DNA from: a candidate division WOR-3 bacterium | Lineage (GTDB): Bacteria; Hydrothermota; Hydrothermia; JBDRYB01 | Assembly: GCA_039803205.1 (NCBI GenBank) | Contig: JBDRYB010000037.1 | Location: forward strand, 1 to 13,586 | Direction of reading: 5' to 3' | Length of the DNA: 13,586 bases | Translations under genes and position numbers: made by a program | The notes under the pieces: model-generated | What the model was told of the DNA's origin: nothing | The model's input: only the letters and a program-made list of their open reading frames with translations | Databases searched by the model: none | Part shown: piece after piece, positions 1 through 7,305 of the stretch | How the letters are laid out: each line of letters starts with the position of its first letter | How positions within the stretch are numbered: the first letter of the stretch is position 1

Positions 1-168
1 TACTTTGGCCCCCTTGCTGAGAGGACATCATCCCCATGCGAGAAGTATGTTGACCTCCTAATAACCAGGAGGCTCAAGATCTCAGGAGCCAGCTGGAGCG
101 TGAAGGGAGCCAACAACATGCTCAAAGCCAGGAACTACTTCTTCAACAAGGAGGACGACCATAGCTAG
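1..168 (+). CDS. C-terminal 55 aa of an IS256/Mutator-like DDE transposase (ISLre2/ISKra4/ISH6-type, UPF0236-like); runs off the window's left edge
   Basis: Frame 1 reads YFGPLAERTSSPCEKYVDLLITRRLKISGASWSVKGANNMLKARNYFFNKEDDHS* (TAG 166-168). It matches the family's C-terminal pattern S..E......RxK..G..W...Ga..mL..R, which carries the catalytic Glu. Not in the supplied ORF track. Confidence 0.8.
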   Translation, partial: YFGPLAERTSSPCEKYVDLLITRRLKISGASWSVKGANNMLKARNYFFNKEDDHS

Positions 169-204
169 GCAGAACGAGACGCTCCTTAAGTCTTGCAGGG
201 CTAC

Positions 205-261
205 GGCTCGTCAGGGCATTCCCTTCGGCAAGGCGCAAAGCGCCTTGTGCCCTGACGAGCC
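205..261. repeat. Long nested inverted repeat (hairpin) downstream of the transposase
   Basis: Perfect 14-bp arms GGCTCGTCAGGGCA (205-218) / TGCCCTGACGAGCC (248-261) enclose a 10-nt bulge (219-228) and an 8-bp inner stem CAAGGCGC-AAA-GCGCCTTG (229-247). Confidence 0.9.
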
Positions 262-426
262 TCTAGGAGTTTATAATTTAATCCCTCAGGTTGGAGAGTG
301 GCCCCTAAGGTGCCCGGAAATCCGGACAGATCTTTGCTCCCATGATCCTGAAACGCATTGTCTCAAGGCAATATGCGGACTATCAGCGGGGTAAGCGAGA
401 TTACCACCCGAACGCGCTCTGCGGGA

Positions 427-501
427 TCGGGGCGGGCGGATTCGAACCGCCGACCTCCTGCTCCCAAGGCAGGCACGCTAACCAAACTGCGCTACGCCCC
501 G
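427..501 (-). tRNA. tRNA-Pro(TGG), CCA end not encoded
   Basis: The reverse complement is CGGGGCGTAGCGCAGTTTGGTTAGCGTGCCTGCCTTGGGAGCAGGAGGTCGGCGGTTCGAATCCGCCCGCCCCGA. It has acceptor stem CGGGGCG/CGCCCCG, anticodon arm CCTGC-CTTGGGA-GCAGG, T-loop TTCGAAT and discriminator A followed by TCC. Confidence 0.98.
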
Positions 502-512
502 AATAGGCGTAA

Positions 513-542
513 ATTATAAGCGCACGCTTTGGGCGAAAACAA
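513..542 (-). promoter_or_regulatory. Sigma70-type promoter for tRNA-Pro
   Basis: TTGTTT (542-537) - 18 nt - TATAAT (518-513), ending 11 nt before the mature tRNA 5' end. Confidence 0.7.
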
Positions 543-624
543 GGGCGAGCGGCTCTTCTGAGAAATAGCCTCGCTCTCTCCTTCCCGAAAGTTGATGCGC
601 CAGCAGAGGGGGACCTCGCGCGGG

Positions 625-654
625 TTGCGTGCGAGCATGTTTCAGCTAGATAAT
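625..654 (+). promoter_or_regulatory. Putative promoter for the 661 gene (probably leaderless)
   Basis: TTGCGT (625-630) - 18 nt - GATAAT (649-654) - 6 nt - GTG at 661; no Shine-Dalgarno sequence. Confidence 0.5.
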
Positions 655-660
655 ACCCCC

Positions 661-1218
661 GTGAAGAAGAGCATAGTTCTGAATTTTGGCTTTTTCGTTT
701 GCGCCCTGCAGGGCCAGAACCCCGTGGTTATCAGGGACCCAAACCTCCTAGCGGATGAAAGGATATGGTCTCTGCTCGTTGGAGAAAGGGTTGGTTTTTG
801 CGTTGGGGACAGCGTTTATCGCGAGAAGCTTAAGGAGGTCAGGGATGGCGTGATTTACTTCCAGGCTAGGCCCTTCTCTTACATGCCGAAGGTAAGCCTT
901 CCTTTATCCGAGACGGATAGCGTCCTAGTCTGGCTTCCTTTGCACGAGGGAGGAGCGTGTCTATTGGTTCCTGTCGCGTGCGTTGGTGGTGGAATGGCCA
1001 GCGCTATTCCAGTATCAATTATCTTATGGGAATACCTGAACCGCCCTGATTATCCGGATTACGACAGGGCAAACGATCTGAATCGCTTGCTCACATTTAC
1101 CATAACCCTCGGTTTGACGGCCGTGGGGGTTTATTACTCCTGGCAATACCTCAGGCACTCCGGGGAGTCGGAATACAAAACCGAGCTCTTTCTCAAACGA
1201 ATAGAGGGGGCAAAATGA
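661..1218 (+). CDS. Hypothetical exported/membrane protein, paralog of the next gene
   Basis: ORF 592-1218. The GTG at 661 gives a signal-like MKKSIVLNFGFFVCALQG. Two hydrophobic segments lie in the C-terminal half. It shares LxLSxxDS(V/I)xVxLPLHE and KTxxxLxR motifs with 1215-1808. Confidence 0.8.
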   Translation: MKKSIVLNFGFFVCALQGQNPVVIRDPNLLADERIWSLLVGERVGFCVGDSVYREKLKEVRDGVIYFQARPFSYMPKVSLPLSETDSVLVWLPLHEGGACLLVPVACVGGGMASAIPVSIILWEYLNRPDYPDYDRANDLNRLLTFTITLGLTAVGVYYSWQYLRHSGESEYKTELFLKRIEGAK

Positions 1219-1808
1219 TCCTTTTTCTGCTCATGCTCTCAGATTATCTGGTCATGCCGGCTGAATACCTAGATGATCCGGTTGTCTCGCTCCTAGTTTT
1301 TGATGAGGACATAGAGGTCTTCTGGGGGGATAAGAGCAAGCGCATGCGTTTCCACGGCCTAGCCGAGGGAGAGATGCTTCTGGAGGAAACCGGATGGGAG
1401 AAAGAAAGACAAGGCCCTATCACGGAATACACAAGGCTGGACCTCTCAAGGATTGATAGCATCTGGGTCTATCTTCCCCTGCACGAGAAGAGGATCAAAA
1501 ATCCGCTTGAGGGATGCCTGGTTACCGGAGGGTGCGCGACTCTGGGGGCGCCGGTGGGGGCGGCTCTTCTGCTCTCTTTGTCCTCAATCGGGATCGAGTT
1601 GGGGTGGATTGATCCCCCCACGGACATAGGCGGAGCCCTTGCCCTCGGATATCTCGAGCTCTATGGCGGGAGTTGCCTCGGAACCATTGGGGGTTGCCTT
1701 ACGGGCATGTATATCTATGAGAAGAGGGTCAGAAGGCCAAACTCAAAGGCCAAAACCCAGATGCTCCTGGACAGGGTGGGAGAGCTTGAGGGCCAAGAGG
1801 TCAAATAG
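1215..1808 (+). CDS. Hypothetical membrane protein with Gly-rich C-terminal hydrophobic helices
   Basis: 197-aa ORF with an ATGA overlap with the upstream stop and GAGGGG upstream. It has a hydrophobic N-terminus MILFLLMLS and is homologous to 661-1218. Confidence 0.85.
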   Translation: MILFLLMLSDYLVMPAEYLDDPVVSLLVFDEDIEVFWGDKSKRMRFHGLAEGEMLLEETGWEKERQGPITEYTRLDLSRIDSIWVYLPLHEKRIKNPLEGCLVTGGCATLGAPVGAALLLSLSSIGIELGWIDPPTDIGGALALGYLELYGGSCLGTIGGCLTGMYIYEKRVRRPNSKAKTQMLLDRVGELEGQEVK

Positions 1809-1812
1809 CTTT

Positions 1813-2148
1813 CTACTCAACCCTTTGGAGCCAGAATGTCGTGTCCTCCGGGTGAACTATGATCCTTATCTCAAGCTCCTTTCCCCTGAACTCAGGGTCA
1901 ACAACCGGATAAGGCGGCTTCCCGGAGACATGACAGGCACCCGTCTCATCAGCGATCACCCAATCGCTCCTCGTCTTCGCTATGCCGTAGACCGGCTTGT
2001 CAACCGCTCCCCAGCCGTAGAACTTCACATTCAGGGTTATGGTATCCCCAGCGTATGCCTTTGGGTTATCGGCTATGGCCTTTATGGTTATCTGTCTCCC
2101 CGCTGAGCATGCAAGGACAAAGCTAAGAATGCAGAGAAGGTTTTTCAT
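1813..2148 (-). CDS. Small lipoprotein, probable OB-fold
   Basis: The likely start is ATG 2148 (ATGA overlap with the xerC stop, GGAGG upstream), giving MKNLLCILSFVLA-C, a lipobox. ITIKAIADNPKAYAGDTITL...WVIADETG is typical of extracytoplasmic OB-fold proteins. Confidence 0.8.
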   Translation of the reverse strand: MKNLLCILSFVLACSAGRQITIKAIADNPKAYAGDTITLNVKFYGWGAVDKPVYGIAKTRSDWVIADETGACHVSGKPPYPVVDPEFRGKELEIRIIVHPEDTTFWLQRVE

Positions 2149-3044
2149 TTTTCCTCCGGTTCCGCGCCTGACCTCGGATGCGATCTCCTGTATTCCCTCT
2201 TTATTCGCTCCAGGGAAACATGGGTGTATATCTGAGTCGTTCCCAAAGACGCGTGGCCCAGCATTTCCTGGATCGTCCTTATGTCGCATCCTGCGTCAAG
2301 CATGTGGGTTGCAAAAGAGTGCCTGAGAGCGTGAGGGTGAACGCCCCAGAGGGACGAGAGCTCCCTGAACCGTGAGTTTATTATGTTCCATATCCCCATT
2401 CTGGATAAGGGCTCGCCGTTCCTGTTGAGAAAAAGGTGGGAGCTCTTTGGCCTGAACTTCCCCCTCACATTCATGTATTCCAGGATTGCTTCTGTGGCCT
2501 TTTGACCCACGGGAACTATCCTCTCCTTCCCCCCTTTCCCCAAAACCCTTACCTGGCGCCTTATTAGGTTGACCTGGTGAACGAGGAGGTCAGCGAGCTC
2601 GGATTCCCGAAGCCCTGATGAGTAGAAAAGCTCAATCATTGCCTTATCCCTTTTCCCATACTTGTCCTCTGGGTGCCACGATTCAAGCATGAGATCAAGG
2701 GTCTTCTTTGGTATGACCTCTGGGAGAACCGATGGGGACTTTGGTGCCGGAAGCCCACTTGCCGGATTCCTCTGGATTACCCCTTGTGCCACCAGGAACC
2801 TGTAAAACCTCCTTATGGCAGAGAGCTTGCGTTGGACAGTCCTTGGGTTCATTCCGGCCCTGATGAGAGCGGATATGTATGCCCTTATTGAGTTCGTATC
2901 AGCCTCCACCGGATCGTTGGTTCCCAGGTTCTCGGCGATGAACTCAAAGAAGCTGTGCAGGTCCCAGGAGTATGCCTCGGCCGTAGCGGGAGAAAGCCCC
3001 CTCTGGGATGACATGTATTCAAGAAACGCCCTCAGGTAGTCCAA
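2145..3044 (-). CDS. xerC: Tyrosine recombinase XerC (XerC/XerD family)
   Basis: 299 aa with an N-terminal SAM-like region and the full catalytic set: SSGLRESEL (R), GKGGKER (K), HPHALRHSFATHML (H,R), LGHASLGTTQIYTH (H,Y). TTG start. XerC rather than XerD is a best guess. Confidence 0.9.
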   Translation of the reverse strand: MDYLRAFLEYMSSQRGLSPATAEAYSWDLHSFFEFIAENLGTNDPVEADTNSIRAYISALIRAGMNPRTVQRKLSAIRRFYRFLVAQGVIQRNPASGLPAPKSPSVLPEVIPKKTLDLMLESWHPEDKYGKRDKAMIELFYSSGLRESELADLLVHQVNLIRRQVRVLGKGGKERIVPVGQKATEAILEYMNVRGKFRPKSSHLFLNRNGEPLSRMGIWNIINSRFRELSSLWGVHPHALRHSFATHMLDAGCDIRTIQEMLGHASLGTTQIYTHVSLERIKREYRRSHPRSGAEPEEK

Positions 3045-3052
3045 AGCTCCTT

Positions 3053-3082
3053 ATGATAACGCGCGCGCTCGCACGATTACAA
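3053..3082 (-). promoter_or_regulatory. Putative xerC promoter
   Basis: TTGTAA (3082-3077) - 18 nt - TATCAT (3058-3053) - 8 nt - TTG start. Confidence 0.55.
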
Positions 3083-3096
3083 GGACCAGCGCCGGA

Positions 3097-4740
3097 TCAG
3101 AACCTCTGTTCCAGCCTCAGGAATAGCCTGGCTGGCCTTTTTATGTCCATGAGGTCCTGAGCGACCCGGGCTGAAACGCCATAAACCGAGAACCCAACGC
3201 CCAAGGATGCCATGATTGAATCCGGCGAGAAAGAGCCCCTCCAGGCCTCGCCGAGGTCAGCGAAAGCGATTATCCTCTTGAGGGGGCCTGCGTTTCTTAT
3301 TTTCATGTGATACTCAAGGCTCCATAGTGCCGCGTGGTCGCCTTCTTGATATTTATATGGATAGGCGGGAATGGTCCCTATGCCGCCCAGGCCAAAGATG
3401 AAGGGGCTTGGGGCTGGGCCCTTCGCGAAGGAATAACCGAGACAGAATCTCGTCAGGATCACATAGGACCAGCCTTCCCTAGCGAGCCTCAAGAGGGTCT
3501 GGATCTGGTTAAGGTTGAAAGAATCTGGGAGTGAATAGGTGTATTCCAAAATGAAATTGACGCCAGGGTTCTTGTAGGCCCATGAGAAACGAAGGGCCCT
3601 GAGAGCGCCGGAATCAAGCTCCTGGTTTGGCCTGAAATCCGGACCAAAGACCCCGAAGTCCGTGACCTTCTCAATGGGCCCTATCTCGCTCAGCTCGTAT
3701 GAAAGCCCGAAGGTTAGCCTTTGGCTCGGAACAGCCCTCATTCCCACTGAGACCCCTCGCCTTTTGAAATAGTCCCTCGTGTCCTCCGTGAAGATGAGAG
3801 CGGCCAGGGCATTCTCATATTTGCCCATTGCCCAACCATCCCAAGTTGCGACCGTGTCGTATGCCCACAGATCAAGGTAGAAATTGGGATTGGAGACGAA
3901 CCTGGGTGAAACCCTGGCAAACCAGAACAGGGTTTCTGCCGCGAAGGCATACGAAAGCCCCCCCGAGGCCGTGTGAGCATCCTTGCCTCCGAGGTTGAGA
4001 TCTATACCGAGGCCCAGCTCCATGCCCTTAACCCTGTTATAATCAATTATGAGGGCCGGGGACCATACCTTTCCCCATTCCCAAAGCCATCCTTTCTGTT
4101 CCTCTTCTGTAAAGCCTATCCTCCGAGCGCTGACCGAGAAGCCCTCCTTCTGGAATGTGAAGTTGTCAGAGAGGGTGGTATCCTTGAATGTGAAACCTAT
4201 GGAACCAGTCCCGGTCCTCAAATCGTAGCTTGCTCTCCCGGAGAGAGTATCAGCCTGGAATCTGATGGGCCCTGTGAGGGTATTGACCCAGAATATACCC
4301 TGCGCGGGGGCAAGTATGTCAACCCTTCCGGATGCTGTCTGGATGTTATACTCGGAGGCCGTCCAGTCGTGGCCCAGCACGGGCCCTTCCAGGGTTGCGT
4401 CCCCTGTCATTGATGTGAATGTGAGCTTGGTCGGAAAGATGCCTTTGATGTATAGGTCGCCAGAGACCGTTATAACGCTGATGCTTGGGGGATATGGCTC
4501 CTTATCCAGAGCTGATTTGATTGAGAGGGTCCCGGATTCCGAGGAGAAGGCGATCCCCCAACTGGCTGGCGCCTCAACCACTATGTCCCCCTCCGCGAGA
4601 ACCTTTGCTGTGTCCCCGACTTCACCGTATAGGTGCTTTCCCTTAACGAGGAGGGATGTGTCCGGGCTGAGCCTCAGCTCCACCTCCTGGTAATCCGTCC
4701 TGATAACCAGGGTCCTTGCTACGAGAAACAGAACGAACAT
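3097..4740 (-). CDS. Outer-membrane beta-barrel protein (BamA/TamA/Omp85-like C-terminus) with an N-terminal DUF4097-like beta-strand repeat domain
   Basis: The N-terminal region has repeats SESGTL/TVSGDL/SMTGDA/TASGRV/TLTGPI/TGTGSI. The C-terminal region has YNRVKG, amphipathic strands, FGLGGIGTIPAY...GD...SLEY, FADLGEAW, SLGVGF and a terminal Phe (RLEQRF). The start is probably ATG 4740. Confidence 0.75.
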   Translation of the reverse strand: MFVLFLVARTLVIRTDYQEVELRLSPDTSLLVKGKHLYGEVGDTAKVLAEGDIVVEAPASWGIAFSSESGTLSIKSALDKEPYPPSISVITVSGDLYIKGIFPTKLTFTSMTGDATLEGPVLGHDWTASEYNIQTASGRVDILAPAQGIFWVNTLTGPIRFQADTLSGRASYDLRTGTGSIGFTFKDTTLSDNFTFQKEGFSVSARRIGFTEEEQKGWLWEWGKVWSPALIIDYNRVKGMELGLGIDLNLGGKDAHTASGGLSYAFAAETLFWFARVSPRFVSNPNFYLDLWAYDTVATWDGWAMGKYENALAALIFTEDTRDYFKRRGVSVGMRAVPSQRLTFGLSYELSEIGPIEKVTDFGVFGPDFRPNQELDSGALRALRFSWAYKNPGVNFILEYTYSLPDSFNLNQIQTLLRLAREGWSYVILTRFCLGYSFAKGPAPSPFIFGLGGIGTIPAYPYKYQEGDHAALWSLEYHMKIRNAGPLKRIIAFADLGEAWRGSFSPDSIMASLGVGFSVYGVSARVAQDLMDIKRPARLFLRLEQRF

Positions 4741-4747
4741 GGCCACA

Positions 4748-4777
4748 ATTTTAAGCCCACGGGCGAACGGGGTTCAA
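4748..4777 (-). promoter_or_regulatory. Putative promoter for the barrel gene (probably leaderless)
   Basis: TTGAAC (4777-4772) - 18 nt - TAAAAT (4753-4748) - 7 nt - ATG 4740; no SD. Confidence 0.6.
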
Positions 4778-4811
4778 GCATCCGTTTGACCCCATTCTTG
4801 GGATGGTTCCC

Positions 4812-6095
4812 TCACCACCTCCAATACCACTCCTCCAGCTCTTCCTCTATGACCTTTTCCGAGGGCCTGTCGTAAAAGAGGTTTGGGGTCTCCTCGCGGT
4901 TCGTGCTGTATATAAGCTGATACTCGCCGGTGTTGTTCGGATCAGCGAAGAGAAACTCCCAGTTTTTAAGGATGTAGCGCCAGCGTATGTGGGCCCTTCT
5001 CGCCTTCGGGGCCTCCTCGCTCAGTATCTCGTCCGGCGGCCCATACTTGATGTATATCCTGCCCATGTCAGTGTATCTGCCGAGGCGGTTTATCTGGCTG
5101 AAGTTCTCGTCCGCATACCTGACGCGAGAAGCGAACTCATCGTAAAACTCGTTGCGGGGGGTCGTTGGATCGGGGTCCCTTTTTGCCCAAAACCCCTCAA
5201 GGAAGGCTCGGCGCTCAAGGGGGTTCTTGCAAGCCCTGTAGGCAGATAACTCATCCTTTGTGGCGATGTAATCTATGAAGGATCTCGTTGGGTCCATCGC
5301 GTAGGCATCCATCTCGGTCCTTCTCGCAAACGGTTTCTCTACCCTTATTCTCTCTCCGGTTGATAGGTCAACGACCTCTGCTACGAAGAGGTATTCCCCT
5401 TGTGCCAGAGAGGATATCCCCAATTTCCCAGCTATTGCCGCGCTCTCCCCTTTCTTTGGCTTCACAGAGGGCTTCGTGGCGAGGAGTGTTTTCCCATCAG
5501 GCCCCTCAACTGCCACCGTCACGACATAGCTTCCGGAATCCGGGCTAAGACCGTAGACCTCAAGATAGTAGAAAAGGGTGTCTGCCCAGAATGCCCTGGT
5601 TGGGTTGGGGATGAAGCCCAGATCCCCTCTCCTCACAGGGGCTTTCTCGGGGTCATCGTAGAAACCTGAGGCGAACATCACATCGGACGCGGCCAGGCCA
5701 GTATCCCTTGGGACGCTTACCCTCATGTTCAGGGTTCCTCTTTTTTCCCCAGAGCGAAGCGTGAGACTTATGGTGTAATCACCAGGCGCTAGCACAACAT
5801 CCTTGTAATCCACGAGATAGATGACACCCTCGGAACCGACGGCCTTTTTCCACTCCTCGGTGAAGGGCTTGGTGTTCGCGCGCTCTATTCTCAGAGAGGC
5901 TTTGTAGGCGCCTTTTTCCAGACACTCCGGATCAACAGCATAGAACACTATCAGGTAATAGAGGGAGTCAGCGAGGAGAAACTTCACGGGATCCGCGACA
6001 GCGGCTATCTCGCCCTCGGAGGCGACGGTGGTCGCGGATACAGGGGGCAAACTAGAAACCAAATTGGCCGTAAAAGCCAGGTGGAACAAGCTCAT
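4812..6095 (-). CDS. GWxTD domain-containing protein
   Basis: The C-terminal region reads YIAT..E...FWAKRDPDPTTPRNEFYDEFASRVRYADENF...GRYTDMGRIYIKYGPPDE...WRY...FLFAD...GEYQL and is preceded by Ig-like beta domains. The start is uncertain (ATG 6095 overlaps the upstream gene by 44 nt). Confidence 0.88.
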   Translation of the reverse strand: MSLFHLAFTANLVSSLPPVSATTVASEGEIAAVADPVKFLLADSLYYLIVFYAVDPECLEKGAYKASLRIERANTKPFTEEWKKAVGSEGVIYLVDYKDVVLAPGDYTISLTLRSGEKRGTLNMRVSVPRDTGLAASDVMFASGFYDDPEKAPVRRGDLGFIPNPTRAFWADTLFYYLEVYGLSPDSGSYVVTVAVEGPDGKTLLATKPSVKPKKGESAAIAGKLGISSLAQGEYLFVAEVVDLSTGERIRVEKPFARRTEMDAYAMDPTRSFIDYIATKDELSAYRACKNPLERRAFLEGFWAKRDPDPTTPRNEFYDEFASRVRYADENFSQINRLGRYTDMGRIYIKYGPPDEILSEEAPKARRAHIRWRYILKNWEFLFADPNNTGEYQLIYSTNREETPNLFYDRPSEKVIEEELEEWYWRW

Positions 6096-7215
6096 ATTCT
6101 CCAAAACCGGTTCTGTCTATGAAGACAAAAACCCTGCCCATCTCGTAGTAATACCATATCTCATATGGCAGGGTATTGAGCTCAAAGGGGTGGCGTTCTA
6201 TCTCGTCAGGTGGCCCATATTTCACATATATCTTACCCATGTCGGCTATGGCTCCATCAAACCTTCGGTAGCTCTCCCTGGCTTTCGGATACCGGGAGTT
6301 GAAGAGCTCCAGGGCCTCGTTGAAATCCGTCTCAGGGGTTGGGTCAACCTCCTTCCAGAACTCCTCCCAGGCCTTCTCCCTCTCCTGGGGGAGAGCCTTC
6401 TTTAGGGACTTTGTCTTGCCCGGATACAGAAACTCCAAGACAGAGAGGATCCCCTTGAACTCCCTGGACGAGAGAAGGTTTATGCCAAATCGCCAGAACC
6501 TCGTTTCGCGCTTGCAGACGACCTTTCCGTGGCTCGTGGCTTCCAGCTTGAGGAGAAACTGGCCAGCAGAAAGGTTCTTTGAGACAATTGGAAGGACGAG
6601 GGTGTCATCTGAGCCAGTGATGACCCATAGGGAGCTGTCCGATTTCAGGTTCATTCTCTCTGACTCCCAGACCAAAAGCCACCTGAGCATGAGTGTTTCA
6701 GGGGAAGGGGCCCTCGCTGTTATGAGAAATAGCATGGTATCCCTCTCGGAGAGCCCTGCGACCACAAGGCCCCCCGAGTCCCTCTCCACGAGAAGGGGAT
6801 CACTAATCCTAATGCCCTTCTCCATAGCCTTTACATCGATCTTTCTATCGAGGAGGACCTTTTTGGAGTTCAGGTCCGTAGCCCTCAGCGCGAACGCATA
6901 CCTTCCGTCCGGAAGATACACGAGAAGGTCATGTATGACGAGGGTGTCCTCAGGAGGGAAGGGGGTCTTGCTTTCCAGGCTGAAGCGCTTGTAGTCGGTG
7001 TAGATAACCTTTTTGCCCTGCCGGACATCAACCCCTATTTCATATGAGGCAACATATGTGTTTTCGGCCCTCTTGAAGACCAAACCCTTTCCAGGGAAAA
7101 CAGCCCTCAGCATGTATATGGTTGTGTCCCCTTGCTGTGGTAGTCTGATGACGGTTGCGGTGGCCTCCCCACCAAGGAAGTCAGGTGCCAAAAGAAACAA
7201 GAGGATCACCTTCAT
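6052..7215 (-). CDS. GWxTD domain-containing protein
   Basis: Contains FWKEVDPTPETDFNEALELFNSR...GAIADMGKIYVKYGPPDEIERHPF...PYEIWYY...FVFIDRTGFGEYEL. The real start is probably ATG 7215 or GTG 7209 (hydrophobic ILLFLLA), not 7533, which would overlap the divergent VWA gene. Confidence 0.88.
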   Translation of the reverse strand: MKVILLFLLAPDFLGGEATATVIRLPQQGDTTIYMLRAVFPGKGLVFKRAENTYVASYEIGVDVRQGKKVIYTDYKRFSLESKTPFPPEDTLVIHDLLVYLPDGRYAFALRATDLNSKKVLLDRKIDVKAMEKGIRISDPLLVERDSGGLVVAGLSERDTMLFLITARAPSPETLMLRWLLVWESERMNLKSDSSLWVITGSDDTLVLPIVSKNLSAGQFLLKLEATSHGKVVCKRETRFWRFGINLLSSREFKGILSVLEFLYPGKTKSLKKALPQEREKAWEEFWKEVDPTPETDFNEALELFNSRYPKARESYRRFDGAIADMGKIYVKYGPPDEIERHPFELNTLPYEIWYYYEMGRVFVFIDRTGFGEYELVPPGFYGQFGF

Positions 7216-7221
7216 ATTATA
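7216..7221 (-). promoter_or_regulatory. -10 box for the GWxTD operon
   Basis: Perfect TATAAT 6 nt before GTG 7209; no canonical -35 (AGGCAT sits at the 18-nt position). Confidence 0.5.
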
Positions 7222-7305
7222 ACCCATTTTCCGCGCAAAATGCCTCTCCGCGAGGTTCCTTGACCCTGAAAGCAGTTGGGAGACCGGACCCCGGTGGTCC
7301 ACAAG

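Larger units (their letters stand above)
1..333 (+). mobile_element. Right-hand part of an insertion sequence; probable right terminal inverted repeat at about 311-333
   Basis: The transposase tail is followed by a non-coding end finishing in TGCCCGGAAATCCGGACAGATCT, which resembles IS256-like right ends (...AATTCCGGACAGTCTC). The left IR and target duplication are outside the window, so the boundary is unconfirmed. Confidence 0.55.

Noticed and set aside
427..501. Missing CCA as a sign of a tRNA pseudogene
   Set aside because: The cloverleaf and promoter are intact, and many bacteria add CCA post-transcriptionally.
542..577. Imperfect hairpin between the tRNA and 661 promoters as an ncRNA
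   Set aside because: About 11-14 bp with bulges, lying upstream of both divergent promoters, with no recognisable RNA family features.
592..660. N-terminal extensions in the ORF track (592, 2289, 11111, 12690)
   Set aside because: In each case a downstream start gives a signal peptide with an SD, an ATGA overlap or a promoter, and the extensions overlap other genes or promoters.
2145..3044. Tyrosine recombinase near a tRNA as a prophage/island integrase
   Set aside because: Its size (299 aa) and motifs are those of housekeeping XerC/D. It lies on the 5' side of the tRNA, three genes away, and no att repeat or phage/ICE genes are present.
3034..3061. Possible dif site upstream of xerC (TTATGATAACG resembles the XerD arm)
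   Set aside because: The left arm (AGGTAGTCCAA) does not resemble a XerC arm or form a palindrome, and the match is explained by the TATCAT -10 box.
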